From Octopus bimaculoides (taxonomy: Eukaryota): a DNA stretch of 39,231 bases. The position numbers were made by a program, and so were the translations under genes. The notes below the pieces were generated by a model that saw only the letters and a program-made list of their open reading frames with translations, made no database searches and had not been told where the DNA came from. The stretch lies in NCBI RefSeq assembly GCF_001194135.2, contig NC_068990.1, positions 50,226,407 through 50,265,637 of the forward strand, in the 5' to 3' direction. How positions within the stretch are numbered: the first letter of the stretch is position 1; every line of letters begins with the position of its first letter. Shown here in pieces: positions 21,564-33,678 of the stretch.

Positions 21564-24264
21564 CATCATCATAATCATCATCATCATCATCATCGTTTAA
21601 CGTTCGCTTTCCATGCTAGCATGGGTTGGACGATTTGACTGAGGACTGGTGGAGCCCGAAGGCCACACAAGGCTCCAATCTGATTTGGCAGAGTTTCTAC
21701 AGCTGGATGCCCTTCCTAGCGCCAACCACTCTGAGAGTGCAGTAGGTGCTTTTACGTGTCACCCGCATGAAGGCCAGTCAGGCAATACTGGCAATGGCCA
21801 CGCTCAAAATGGTGTATTATATGTGCCACCCGCACAAGAGCCAGTCCAGGGGCACTGGCAACGATCTTGCTCGAAAGTCCTTACACATGCTGCGAGCACA
21901 AGTGCCAGAAAGGCGACGCTGGGCACAGGTGCCATCACGATTTCGCTTTCGCTTGCTCCAATAAGTCTTCACAACCTGAGTTTCGTGTCCAATGAAGGAG
22001 ACGACGTTGGCATGGGTGCCAGTCATCGAATTTAGTTCGATTTCGATTTCACTTGCCTCAACAGGTCTTCGCAAGCGGAGTTTAGTGTCCAATGAAGGGA
22101 AGGTACGCATAAGTGGGCTGGCTACACCCCTGGCAGAGGTCTTGGATTTAGGTCTCACTTGGCCTGCCGGGTCTTTTCAAGCACAGCATATTTCCAAAGG
22201 TCTCGGTCAGAAGTCATCGCCTCGGTGAGGCCCAATGTTCGAAGGTCTTGCCTCACCACCTCATCCCAGGTCATCCTGGGCCTACCTCTTCCACAGGTTA
22301 CCTCCACTTCTAGGATGTGGCACTTTTTCAAGCAGCTATCCTCATCCATTCTCGCTACATGACCATACCAGCGTAATCGTCTCTTGCACACCACAACTGA
22401 TGCTTTGTAAGTTCAACTTTTCTCTCAAGGTACTGATACTCTGTCTAGTATGCACACTGACATTACACATCCATCGGAGCATACTGGCTTCATTCCTTGC
22501 GAGCCTATGCATGTCTTCGGCAGTCACAGCCCATGTTTCACTGCCATGAAGCATGGCTGTTCGTACACATGCATCATACAGTCTGCCTTTTACTCTGAGT
22601 GAGAGGCCCCTTGTCACCAGCAGAGGTAAGAGCTCTCTGAACTTTGTCCAGGCTATTCTTATTCTAGCAGCTACACTTTCAGCGCACCCTCCCCCACTAC
22701 TAACTTGGTCACCTAGATAGCAGAAGCTATCAACCACTTCTAGTTTTTCTCTCTGGAATGTGGCAGAAGTTGTTTTCTGCACATTTACAGTGTTTATAGC
22801 TCCTGAACATATGCCACATACAAAAACTAACTTGCTAGTTAACCTTCCTTTGATATTGCTGCACCTCTTATGTGTCCATAGCTTGCACTGGGTGCATCTT
22901 ATAGAGTTTCTACCTATGCCTTTTCTACAGATCGAGCAGGGCCATCTACATGAAGGGGTTTGTCTATTGTCTACCTTCCTACTTATTAGGACTTTGGTTT
23001 TAGCTAGGTTGATTCTAGTCCTTGCTTCCACACCTGAAACTTCTCTTCTAGTTCTGACAGTGACTCAGCAATTAGTGCAAGGTCATCAGCATAGAGGAGC
23101 TCCCAGGGGCATCCTGTCTTGTATTCCTCTGTTATAGCCTGGAGGACTATGATAAAAAGAAGGGGGTTGAGGACAGAACCTTGGTGGACCCCTACCTCTA
23201 CCCGGAGTTCTTCACTGTACTCATTGCCAACCCTCACCTTACTAACAGCGTCTCTGTACATGGCTTGCACAGCTCTCANNNNNNNNNNNNNNNNNNNNNN
23301 NNNNNNNNNNNNNNNNNNNNNNNNNNNNNNNNNNNNNNNNNNNNNNNNNNNNNNNNNNNNNNNNNNNNNNNNNNNNNNNNNNNNNNNNNNNNNNNNNNNN
23401 NNNNNNNNNNNNNNNNNNNNNNNNNNNNNNNNNNNNNNNNNNNNNNNNNNNNNNNNNNNNNNNNNNNNNNNNNNNNNNNNNNNNNNNNNNNNNNNNNNNN
23501 NNNNNNNNNNNNNNNNNNNNNNNNNNNNNNNNNNNNNNNNNNNNNNNNNNNNNNNNNNNNNNNNNNNNNNNNNNNNNNNNNNNNNNNNNNNNNNNNNNNN
23601 NNNNNNNNNNNNNNNNNNNNNNNNNNNNNNNNNNNNNNNNNNNNNNNNNNNNNNNNNNNNNNNNNNNNNNNNNNNNNNNNNNNNNNNNNNNNNNNNNNNN
23701 NNNNNNNNNNNNNNNNNNNNNNNNNNNNNNNNNNNNNNNNNNNNNTAGCAGTTGACTATGGTGCTGCTACACCAGTCATTGGGTATGACTCCTTCGTGTA
23801 TCACCTGGTTAACAATATAGGTGACTAGGCTATAGCCAACACTGCCAGATATTTTGAGCATCTCTGCATTGATTCCTGATGGGCCGGGGGGGGCCTTCCC
23901 TGTCTTCATACTCTTAATTGCTTTATCTACCATGGTACTGTCAACTCGGATAGCTGGTCCCTCAGATGGGTCGACATTCGGCAGACTCTCTTTCTCCCAT
24001 TCATTCTCTTTATTGAGCAATCTTTCGTAGTGGCGTCTCCAAACCTCTTTCTTTGCAGCCTCGTTTAGTGCAAGCGTACCATCATCCATGTGAACACGTT
24101 TCTCTCCCATCATGATTCTCTCTCACACACTGTCTTGCAACACGGAATACCTCAAGTCTTTGGTCCTCACGGTGCAGAACAGTGGCAAACTTTTTCTTAT
24201 CTGCCTCCCCTCTGGCTAAATAAACCTGTCGCCTAGCTTCCCTTCTGGCAGTCTGATACAATTC
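21564..24264 (-). mobile_element. RTE-clade LINE copy C: 5'-truncated, RT, intact PHD-type finger, 3'UTR and (GAT)n tail; spans an N gap
   Basis: ORFs 23004-24113 and 22342-23031 carry VGVHQGSVLNP, LYADDL, WPCSIC..CGIC, LHGSETW. (CAT)n from 21564; similarity to copy B stops at 24264. Confidence 0.95.
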
Positions 24265-24736
24265 AGCTTACAATAAGTTAAACTGTTTTCAAACTTCAAA
24301 TTCACTCCATGCTTTTTAAATGTTTCCATATTTTGTAATTTGTGTGTAAATGATACCAAGCATGATGTGTTGATAAATACTGTTTGCTGTTCTGTACGGC
24401 TGAAATCTGTATTGTTGGTTTCTTATTTCATTGCCAGAAACTTTTGTAAATGAGAACTTCCTTGTAAGCAACGTTCTTTGTGGAATGTTTATCATTTGGT
24501 ATATATATGTTTAATCTTGGAAATTCTGTGGACACTCTAGAGATAGCAACATATTTTAGTTCATGTGTGAATATGGACTTTGGTAAATATAAAGCTATTT
24601 TTTCAAATGTTTGTCTTTGTCATTTATTAATTATCCTTGCCATTGTTAATTTAACTGTTAACTCTTCACTTACTGAAGAAAGAGCAACTCTTAGAATAAA
24701 TAGTTTCTTGAATAACTAAACATGTACCGTTACACA

Positions 24737-25044
24737 GTGAAGGTACGTGGCTTAGTGGTTAGAGTATTCAGCTCATGATCATAAGGTCATAAATTTAATT
24801 CTGGGTGATGTGTTGTGTCCTTGAGCAAGACACTTTATTTCACATTGCTCCAGTCCACTCAGCTGGTAAAAATGAGTATTTCAAGGGGCCAGCATTGTCA
24901 CACTCTGAAACTTCCTGAGAACTATACTAAGGGTACAAGTGTCTGTGGAGTGCTCAGCTACTTGCACATTAATTTCACGAGCAATCTGTTCTGTTGATTG
25001 GATCAACAGGAACCTTTGTTGTCATAACCAATGGAGTGCCAGTT
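24737..25044 (+). mobile_element. tRNA-derived CORE-like SINE inserted in the Helitron, 12-bp TSD with 1 mismatch
   Basis: GTGGCTTAGTGGTTAGAG A-box, then GTGTCCTTGAGCAAGACACTT. Flanked by TACCGTTACACA (24725-24736) and TACCATTACACA (25045-25056). Confidence 0.85.
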
Positions 25045-25184
25045 TACCATTACACATGCCATTAGCTTGGTCAATGTATGTAAGAGAATAATTACTGCAT
25101 TAGTTTTTAATTTGAATATGTGATGATAAGCCTGAAATATTTAGTCTGAAGTGTCATCCTGATGTGATCATTGCTCACCATTAA

Positions 25185-26289
25185 CCCTTTCGTTACTATA
25201 TTTCTGACCAAAATACACCCCTCATGAGTTTCAATTAAATTCTAAAATAATCATGAATTTAGACTAGTCTCATTAAACACCTGTAACTTTTTTATTTATC
25301 AACATATTAATGTGATATTTGGAACATAATTAAAGAAAGGGTTCTTAATCAATGCTATTGCATAATTTTTGTCTCAACTGGGGTACTGCTAGTGTCTCTC
25401 ACATGTAAATATTGGTTCAGCTTCACAAATCGTACTCATTCATAATACTGGAAATATATTCATCACCAAAAGGTTCCTGATCGCTCCAGTAATTTGTTAT
25501 TCTGGGNNNNNNNNNNNNNNNNNNNNNNNNNNNNNNNNNNNNNNNNNNNNNNNNNNNNNNNNNNNNNNNNNNNNNNNNNNNNNNNNNNNNNNNNNNNNNN
25601 NNNNNNNNNNNNNNNNNNNNNNNNNNNNNNNNNNNNNNNNNNNNNNNNNNNNNNNNNNNNNNNNNNNNNNNNNNNNNNNNNNNNNNNNNNNNNNNNNNNN
25701 NNNNNNNNNNNNNNNNNNNNNNNNNNNNNNNNNNNNNNNNNNNNNNNNNNNNNNNNNNNNNNNNNNNNNNNNNNNNNNNNNNNNNNNNNNNNNNNNNNNN
25801 NNNNNNNNNNNNNNNNNNNNNNNNNNNNNNNNNNNNNNNNNNNNNNNNNNNNNNNNNNNNNNNNNNNNNNNNNNNNNNNNNNNNNNNNNNNNNNNNNNNN
25901 NNNNNNNNNNNNNNNNNNNNNGTAGCTCATTCATTCTTTTCTTCGATATCTCGATATCTTCTGTTGAAAAACCTTCAAATTCAGAATCACTGCTTGATAG
26001 CATGAAACTCCTCTCCATCTTCAAAGTTGAAAAAAATTAACGCCGCAAAAAATGTGGAAAAAAAATCTTCCAAAATTCACTGAGTTCAAATATCATGCCA
26101 AACAATGTTGGATACAATAACTCAACTGTTTGCGAAGTGAAATCAGGTGTTTTAACGAATGTACTAACGAGATTTGGGTTCAAATATACATTTAAATAAC
26201 AATGGGTACTCTCGGCCGGCTACGGCCAGATTGGTCTTATGAACCAAAAAATTTTTTGGACGGCTACGGCTGGGTTAGTAATGAAAGGG
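25185..26289 (-). mobile_element. Non-autonomous piggyBac element
   Basis: TTAA at 25181-25184 and 26290-26293. TIRs CCCTTTCGTTACTA / TAGTAATGAAAGGG (14 bp, 1 mismatch). Acidic N-terminal remnant MLSSSDSEFEGFSTEDI is typical of piggyBac transposases; the middle is an N gap. Confidence 0.88.
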
Positions 26290-29200
26290 TTAAAGAGAAA
26301 CTTTTCATCTCCTGGAATCAATTTTAGTATTTCCTTATTAATTTTGATCAACATCAACATTTTTAGGTGCTAAAACAATTTTTCAAATTCTTTCTAGTTG
26401 ACATTTCTATAGAAAACTGAGGAAATGAAGTCACTAAAATCATGAACAATAATAATTTCACCATTTGCTTCTACAGAACCATTCTCTACATGAAGTATAA
26501 AGTTGTTGAACTGAATTTGGTTGTTTTGGTCTTCTGCATTCTGTGCATATGATTTTAATTGAATATTTTCTGTCAGTTGAATCTTTTCGCATGTTTCTAT
26601 AAAGATGAATTATCAAAGCTGAAGTCTATTATCTGTGGTCTGTTTCCAAGTTCAATGACAAAAAATATTTGTTGAAAATCCCCATCAAAAGTTAATACTT
26701 TTCTTCCAAACAGAACATGTTCAAACCTGGGGTTAATCATTTTCATAAGATCTTTTAATGTTCTATCCAATACCTCTAGTATCTCAAATTATAGCATCAG
26801 CCTGAATGATGGTAGCTTTGTCACTCCATATGGATACATTACATGTGATACCATTAACTATCATAGATTGAAGGGAAGGGAGAAAGCAGTATGAGCCAGT
26901 GTACCCCCTGCAAGTAGCAATGCAACTATAGCAGATGATGTACTTGCTATTGCAATCTTTCCTTCTTTGTGAACATAAGAGAGAATGACACTATAGAGAA
27001 AAGTTTTACCTGACCCACCCAGCCAATCAATAAACAAAGCTTTAATGGTGATAATCTTGTGACTGTGAGTATCTGCTTTTGGACTGTGAATTGCTTCTTT
27101 AATGATCTGGAATTCAGCTTAATTTTTTGACATTTTCATCAAAGAAAATCTTTTGTGGGAAATTTATAAGATCTTACAGAATGAATGATGGTGAAAGTAT
27201 TCATGTTTGGTATACTCATGGGGAGGGGAATTGTTTAATGTTGAACCATTTTCTCTTAAAATAAATTCAGTTTTTTTTAATAATGTATGTTGTTGTATGC
27301 TATCATTGATATCTTCTACTTCTAAAGCAGTCATTTGATGTTCTGAAAGTTGCCTTTCAAATGCTGTAAATAATTTGTCAGAGCAGAAAATCTTTGCAGC
27401 TGATATGGAGTTGCTGAAACATTTACAAACCCCATAGTTATATAGTATTCACAGTCATCATGTGCTAAGCCCAGTTTCATTGAAGCCTCTTTTTAAGTAT
27501 GGAAAATTACACCATTAATAGCTCTCATATCTTCAAATCTAGGAATATGATGCAATTAAGCTCTCAGAATTGATTCTGTTCCTTTGGTGAAAAAAAGTAA
27601 ATACACCTAATTGTGTGTGCATCATTTTCTTTGCGATACCACATTTTCTTAGTATTATTCAAGTGTGAAATTCAGGGAAATGTACAAATGACTTATCTGG
27701 TGATTCTCAGTTAACTTGCACCCATTCAGTAAGGGTGAACTTGCCATGAGTATGGATAACATGTTAAATATCATCATTACCATCAAAGTAAATGTATTAC
27801 TGTTGGGATAAATGAACTGTAGGCTGTTGGACTAGAGGACATGAACCATATAATTTGAAACCCCAAATCCTCTAGGCTGCCTCTGATGAAGATACATTAC
27901 ATAGCAACCATTAATATAATTTTCAATTTCATCTTTGTGTGTTTCTGTTTGTTGTGCATTAGTTTGTCCACTAATATCGACTGTCACCCAATCACAATCT
28001 TCGTGAATACATTTGCTACTATATTTTACAGATGCATATATCTATACATCTCAATGGCCTCCATATTTGACTAAAAAGAAAATGGGGAATATGGTACTAC
28101 TGAACAATTAATCTAATTTGACATTTGACTTTGTAAATGTAGAACCATTATTTCAACATCAGTAAAGTGGATGACTGTATATAACTGTGTAATGGATTTT
28201 TCTGAAAATCCTTAGGGAAATGTTTTTTACATTTCCCATCAACCATACACGTTGCATTGGGTTTATCTCTCCAACATGGACCATGTAGCATGCTTTTGGT
28301 GACATGCTGAAACAGAATTGGTTGTACTTGTGGAATTGGAAGTTCTGCATAGATAAACTTTTCATATGAACAACATATGACAATGATGAAGTCCATGCTT
28401 TTGAAACACTGTAGTCAACATGTATCCTACAATCTCTCCCAAATATCATGGAAGAGATCCCTAAGTTTCATATTAAATACCCTGTCAGTTAAGTCTGGTC
28501 TGTGATTTTTCTTTCCATTGGGGATCACAGGTAAAAGTGATGAAGGAATTTAGATTTTCTAACATTTGAACAATTGCCATTGAGTTTTGACATAGTTTCT
28601 GCAGTCATTGTGGGTCTCCTAAGAATGTTGCAGGTATGAAAACTTTTTTGCATATATTTGAGCTATGGGAATACATGTAATCATGAATATTTTGATAAAT
28701 TCATGCTCTGATTTTTTTGGTTATATTGAATCTACTGTAACCTGGCTTCTTCAGTCTTGGAATGTATATCACAATAATATTTCTGAACTAAACAACCTGA
28801 GTCATGAAGGAATTGGAAATCATGTTCCTGAACCATAAGCCTATATTTGTAAAAATCCATCTGTGATATTTTATGACTCTTACCTCCAACATCAAAAGTT
28901 GATTCTTTATCCCCTATCATCAAATGAAAATAGCAATGGGAATTGCAGTGGGTCATAATTTGAATGCACTGAATTGATTGTTCGAAGGAGTGATTCACCA
29001 GGAACACACCTTTTATGCTGTGTCAGAGGTCTTTGGGGTTGTACCTTTTCCAGAATTCTGGCATAATTATTGCAATTTCTGTAACTAGATGATTGCATGC
29101 TTGGTTACCAGCTGTAGGAATGTATTTGTCTTCTGAATAACCACTGTGAACTCTTGTGTATCAACAGTGTCTAAATATTCTGCACTGTTATGTTGCTGAG

Positions 29201-29938
29201 GAAGTCGATACTTTCTGAGATCTTCATATTGCCAGAGATCCCACTCCTTTGTCATCTCATCTCTTAAACTCAGAGTCCTGAGGTCAGCCTTCACCACTTC
29301 ATCCCAGGTCTTCCAGTATAGTATAGTTTAAGGGAGATTTGGCTGCCATTTCTAGCTTGTTGAATAACCATATAGAGGTCTTACTTGTAGATGTGTGACT
29401 GCTGGATAAGAGCTGATGTACTCATTTGAAATGTTTTTTAATTATGTTTATAACTATAAAATAAAATATTGCAAAGCAGTTGTTAACAGAAAGTGCATTT
29501 AATATTAAAAAACAACGATGAATGAATGAAGAATATTATATGGAAAAAACAAAAAATGAAACATAAGCTGTAATAATAAGAAAAATTTCAACACAAAGTG
29601 TTGTCAACAACTGAAACAGGCTTAAACAAAATATAAGTATTAAATAAGCAGGAAGAAACACAGTATTAATGATAATAAACATGTAAGAAAAATGCAATGG
29701 AGACTTTTGAATGACTTATATCGCACACAAATAGCAAATGAAGTTGAAGATATGTTCAAATACACAATGTTTTGCCAAGTAAAAATAAAAAGAAGAAAAA
29801 CATGCTGCTTTCATGTGTGCACACAAACTATACTCTGGTCTCAGAGACTTCTCTCTGGGCAGAACACAGTGAAAAGGAGGTCATTGTACAGGCATTTTAC
29901 TAGAAGGCCATAGTTAACATATTTTAAAAAATATATGT

Positions 29939-31998
29939 ATCATCATCATCATCATTTAACTGCTTTCCATGCTGGCATGGGTTGAACAGTTTAACATGGA
30001 GCTGGCTAGCAGGAAGCTGTCCAGACTCGAACTGTCTGTTGTGGCACGGTTTCTATGGCTGGATGCCCTTCCTAACACCAACCACTTAACAGTGTGTGCT
30101 GGGTGCTATTTACATGCCACTGGCACGGGGGCATTTTAAGTGGAAATGGCGCCTGAAAGGACAAGCCTGTATATGTGGAAGACAATTTTACTTAGCTTGA
30201 TGTGTCTTATCAAGTACAGCAAATCGCCACATCTCCCAGTCCCTTGCCATTTCCTCAGTGAGGCCCAGCATCCGAAGATGCTTTCTTACCACTTCATACC
30301 ATGTCTTCAAGGGTCTATTCTTTCCACAGGTGCTCTTTACAATTAGAACTTAGTACTTCTTTATGCAACTGTCCTCATCTATACGCATCATATGACCAAG
30401 CCAGTGCAGTCTTCTCTCTTGCACACAACATCTGATGTCTTTTACACCCAGTTTTCCTCATAAATCATTTACACTCTGTCATGTATGCACACTGACATTA
30501 CCCATCCAGTGGAGCATGCTAGCTTTATTTCTTTCAAGCCTTANNNNNNNNNNNNNNNNNNNNNNNNNNNNNNNNNNNNNNNNNNNNNNNNNNNNNNNNN
30601 NNNNNNNNNNNNNNNNNNNNNNNNNNNNNNNNNNNNNNNNNNNNNNNNNNNNNNNNNNNNNNNNNNNNNNNNNNNNNNNNNNNNNNNNNNNNTATGCACA
30701 CTGACATTACCCATCCAGTGGAGCATGCTAGCTTTATTTCTTTCAAGCCTTAGCAAGTCCTCTATAGTCAAAGCCCATGTTTCACTGCCATGAAACACAG
30801 CTGTATGTACACAGGTATCATACAATGTGTCTTTCACTTTGAAGGAAAGGCCCTTAGTTACCAACAAAAGTAGAAGCTCTCTGAACTTCACCCAGTCCAT
30901 TCTTATCCTAGCAACTACACTTTCAGATCTCCTTCCCCCACTGTTAACTTGGTTTCCTAGGTAACAGAAGCTATTTACTACTTCTAATGATTCAACTGAG
31001 TATTTGAGGGAACCTATTGTCTGTGTATTTTTAGTGCTTAGTGTACCTGCACATTTGCCACACACAAAAACCATATTCTCTGTTAACCTTCTTATGTGTC
31101 TAAAGCTTGCCAGAGATCCCACTCATTTGTCATCTCATCTCTTAAGCTCAGAGTCCTGAGGTCAGCCTTCACCACTTCATCCCAGGTCTTCCAGTATGGT
31201 ATAGTTTAATGGAGATTTGGCTGCCATTTCTAGCTTGTTGAGAGACCGTTTGCTTACATATCGAGCAGGGCCATCTCCCACAAGGAACTTTTGATTTGTC
31301 TGTTTTCCTACTTGCTAGGACTTTGGTTTTTGCTAAATTAACCCTAAGGCCCTTAGATTCGAGACCTTGTTTCCACACCTGGAATTTCTTCTCTAGGACA
31401 GCTATAAGAACAGGGTCATCAGTGTAGAGGAGCTCCCAGGGACAGCTGGTCTTGAATTCCTCTGTTATGGTCTGGAGGACTAAGATAAACAGGAGAGGGA
31501 CTCCTACCTGTACACTGAATTCATTGTTATACTTGTTGCCAACGTTCACCCTTCTAGCAGCATCCCTGTACATGGCTTGTGCTGTTCACACTAACCACTC
31601 ATCTATCCCTAGCTTCTGCATTGACCACCAGATAAGGGAGTGGTTGACTCTATCAAAGGCTTTCTCCATGTTGACAAAAGCCAGGTACAGAGGTTTACTT
31701 TTTGCTAAATATTTCTTCTGTAGTTGCCTAACCAGGAATATAGCATCAGTTGTGCTCCTACCTGGCACAAATCTGAACTGCAACTCATCTACACTAACTC
31801 TTTCTAATGAATTGAACTATGGCCCTTTCTTTGACTTTCATCACCTAGTCCAGCAATTTGATGCTTCAGTAATTATTTCTGTTAAAAGCATCACCTTTGC
31901 CTTTGTAGCAATTGACTATAATGCTGCTACACCACTTGTTGGTATGACTCCCTCGTAACTATAATGGTGACTAGGCTATATCTTACTCCGCCAGATAA
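29939..31998 (-). mobile_element. RTE-clade LINE copy D: more diverged, internally deleted and rearranged
   Basis: QFRFVPGRSTTDAIF, AFVNMEKAFDRV, LYTDD, WPCSIC, FHGSETW; RTE-type 3' end with (CAT)n at ~29939-29955. Confidence 0.88.
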
Positions 31999-33130
31999 AT
32001 AACCACACACAATTTAGTATACATTCTAACTTATTTTTAATATATATGAAAATATACTTTTTCAGCATTCAGCTTAACCCTTTAACATTCAAATCACTGT
32101 CAAATGAAATGTAGTGCTTATTTATTCACACTGTTTTCAATTAGTCAGGCATTATCTTGTAGATATTGAGGATGTTATTGTTTATTTTTAGAATGACTTG
32201 GTAGGGTAGGTGTGAGAAGCCAAATCTGGTCAGTTTGAACATAAAAACTGGTAGAATAATTGGAACAGATATGGCTGGTTTAAATGTTAAGGGACTAATT
32301 TACTAATGTTACTAGCAGATTTAATAAACCCCCTTCCCAGTTCATTTCAGATTTAACCAATTACTGACCTGTATTCATTCACCTCTATTTCTTATTTTTA
32401 AATTAATTTATACCATTTAAAATTTTATTTCCTATTTATTAATTCGACCATGGTTTTTGACTTTTTTTATTATCAGATTTCTGTCACCAATAAATTGTTG
32501 ATAGAACAACATTACCAGAGAAATTCAAATGTTGGATACTGCAATTTGGACTGTACCCAAGGATAATGCGGCAATTGCAAATGTGCAAAATAGCCTCGAG
32601 TAGAGTAGAAAGGATGGAACAAAGATGTAGTGTGTTTATCAGAAAAAGTTTGGTCTTCCAAAACCACTAAATACAACTGCACTATATGGAAAACCCGTGC
32701 TGCAACTACCGATAACATCAATCACCAAAGAATATAAGGCAGGAAAGGCAAGGACAGTAATGATGCTAAGGTATTTGAAAGATCAGAACATCTGAGAAAA
32801 CCCTCCAAAGGTATGAACAGGGAAGAAATGGAAAGCGGAAGAGGCAGTAAACAGGGCGATCAGAAAGCTACGGCAAACTGATATAGTCAGAGTGATGCAA
32901 GAAGCAAGAGCCAGTCTAGAGTCGCACAATTTCCAGCCATTTTGCATGAGCAGTGTAAAAGAGATGAAAGAGACAGTAGAAGACGAAGTGAGAGAGGAGG
33001 AAGAAGACAGGTGAAATGTACATTTGGTGCAATGTAGTCAACAGGGACAGTGCCTGAGATGGGAGGAATATGTAGTCAGTTGCAGAATCTCATGGAAGGA
33101 ACTTTGGGCTTGGGAACAAGCAAGAACATC

Positions 33131-33678
33131 CGGATCTTTTTTAAAACGGGGGCCACATTTTTCATTAACGAAACACTTTGAAACTTGGAACACTGGTAGA
33201 ATGTGTCATATAAAACATCTTTTTCTCTTAGTCTTCTTAAAAAAAATAGAAATCCATAAATTATTCCATGTTAAAGTTGTCGTATTTCTGTAATTTCAAC
33301 CAATCACTGACGTCCATTCAGCTGATATACATTAAGTGCCGACTACATAAACAAACGGGTTAGGGTTAGGGTTAGGGTTAGGGTTAAAGCAAATTTAAAA
33401 TGAAAAAAGCAAATAAAACGAAGGTATGGAGATTAAATATGCTTTACATCGCTTAATCAGCCAAAGGAGTAAATGTAAACAACTGAATACTTGTCAGTGA
33501 TTGGTTGAAATTATCGAAATAAGACAATTTTTTACATGAAATAAATTCGAATACAAAAATATTTTTCTGTTCTATAACACAAAATAGATAAGTATACAAA
33601 GTTTGAAAGTCTTTCCATACCAAAAACACTACGTAAAACATTAATGAAAAATGTGGCCCCCGTTTTAAAATAGATCCG
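33131..33678. mobile_element. 548-bp MITE/foldback with ~40-bp TIRs, 6-bp TSD and central (TTAGGG)n
   Basis: CGGATCTTTTTTAAAACGGGGGCCACATTTTTCATTAA vs TTAATGAAAAATGTGGCCCCGTTTTAAAATAGATCCG. TSD AACATC at 33125-33130 and 33679-33684; removing the element restores the HERO frame ARTSFLIK. Confidence 0.92.
33357..33386 (+). repeat. Interstitial telomeric-type (GGGTTA)5 repeat
   Basis: GGGTTAGGGTTAGGGTTAGGGTTAGGGTTA read directly. Confidence 0.95.

Larger units (their letters stand above)
24428..29100 (-). mobile_element. Decayed autonomous-type Helitron (RepHel pseudogene), interrupted by a SINE and a piggyBac
   Basis: Minus-strand motifs in canonical order: YDPLQFPLLF (~28940), FYKYRLMV..LVQKYYCDIHSKTEEARL, MLHGPCWRDKPNATCMVDGKCKKHFPK, FIDWLGGSGKTF (Walker A, ~27020), IASTSSAIVALLLAGGTLAHTAF, DGDFQQI, INK*QRQTFEKIALYLPKSIFTHELKYVAISRV, TKNVAYKEVL with stop at 24428-24430. 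Confidence 0.9.

Noticed and set aside
23119-26024. Long ORFs made mostly of X residues
   Set aside because: They run through N gaps and carry no information.
30478-30753. ~60-bp exact direct repeat flanking an N gap
   Set aside because: Identical sequence on both sides of a gap is a typical unmerged contig overlap, so most likely an assembly artefact.
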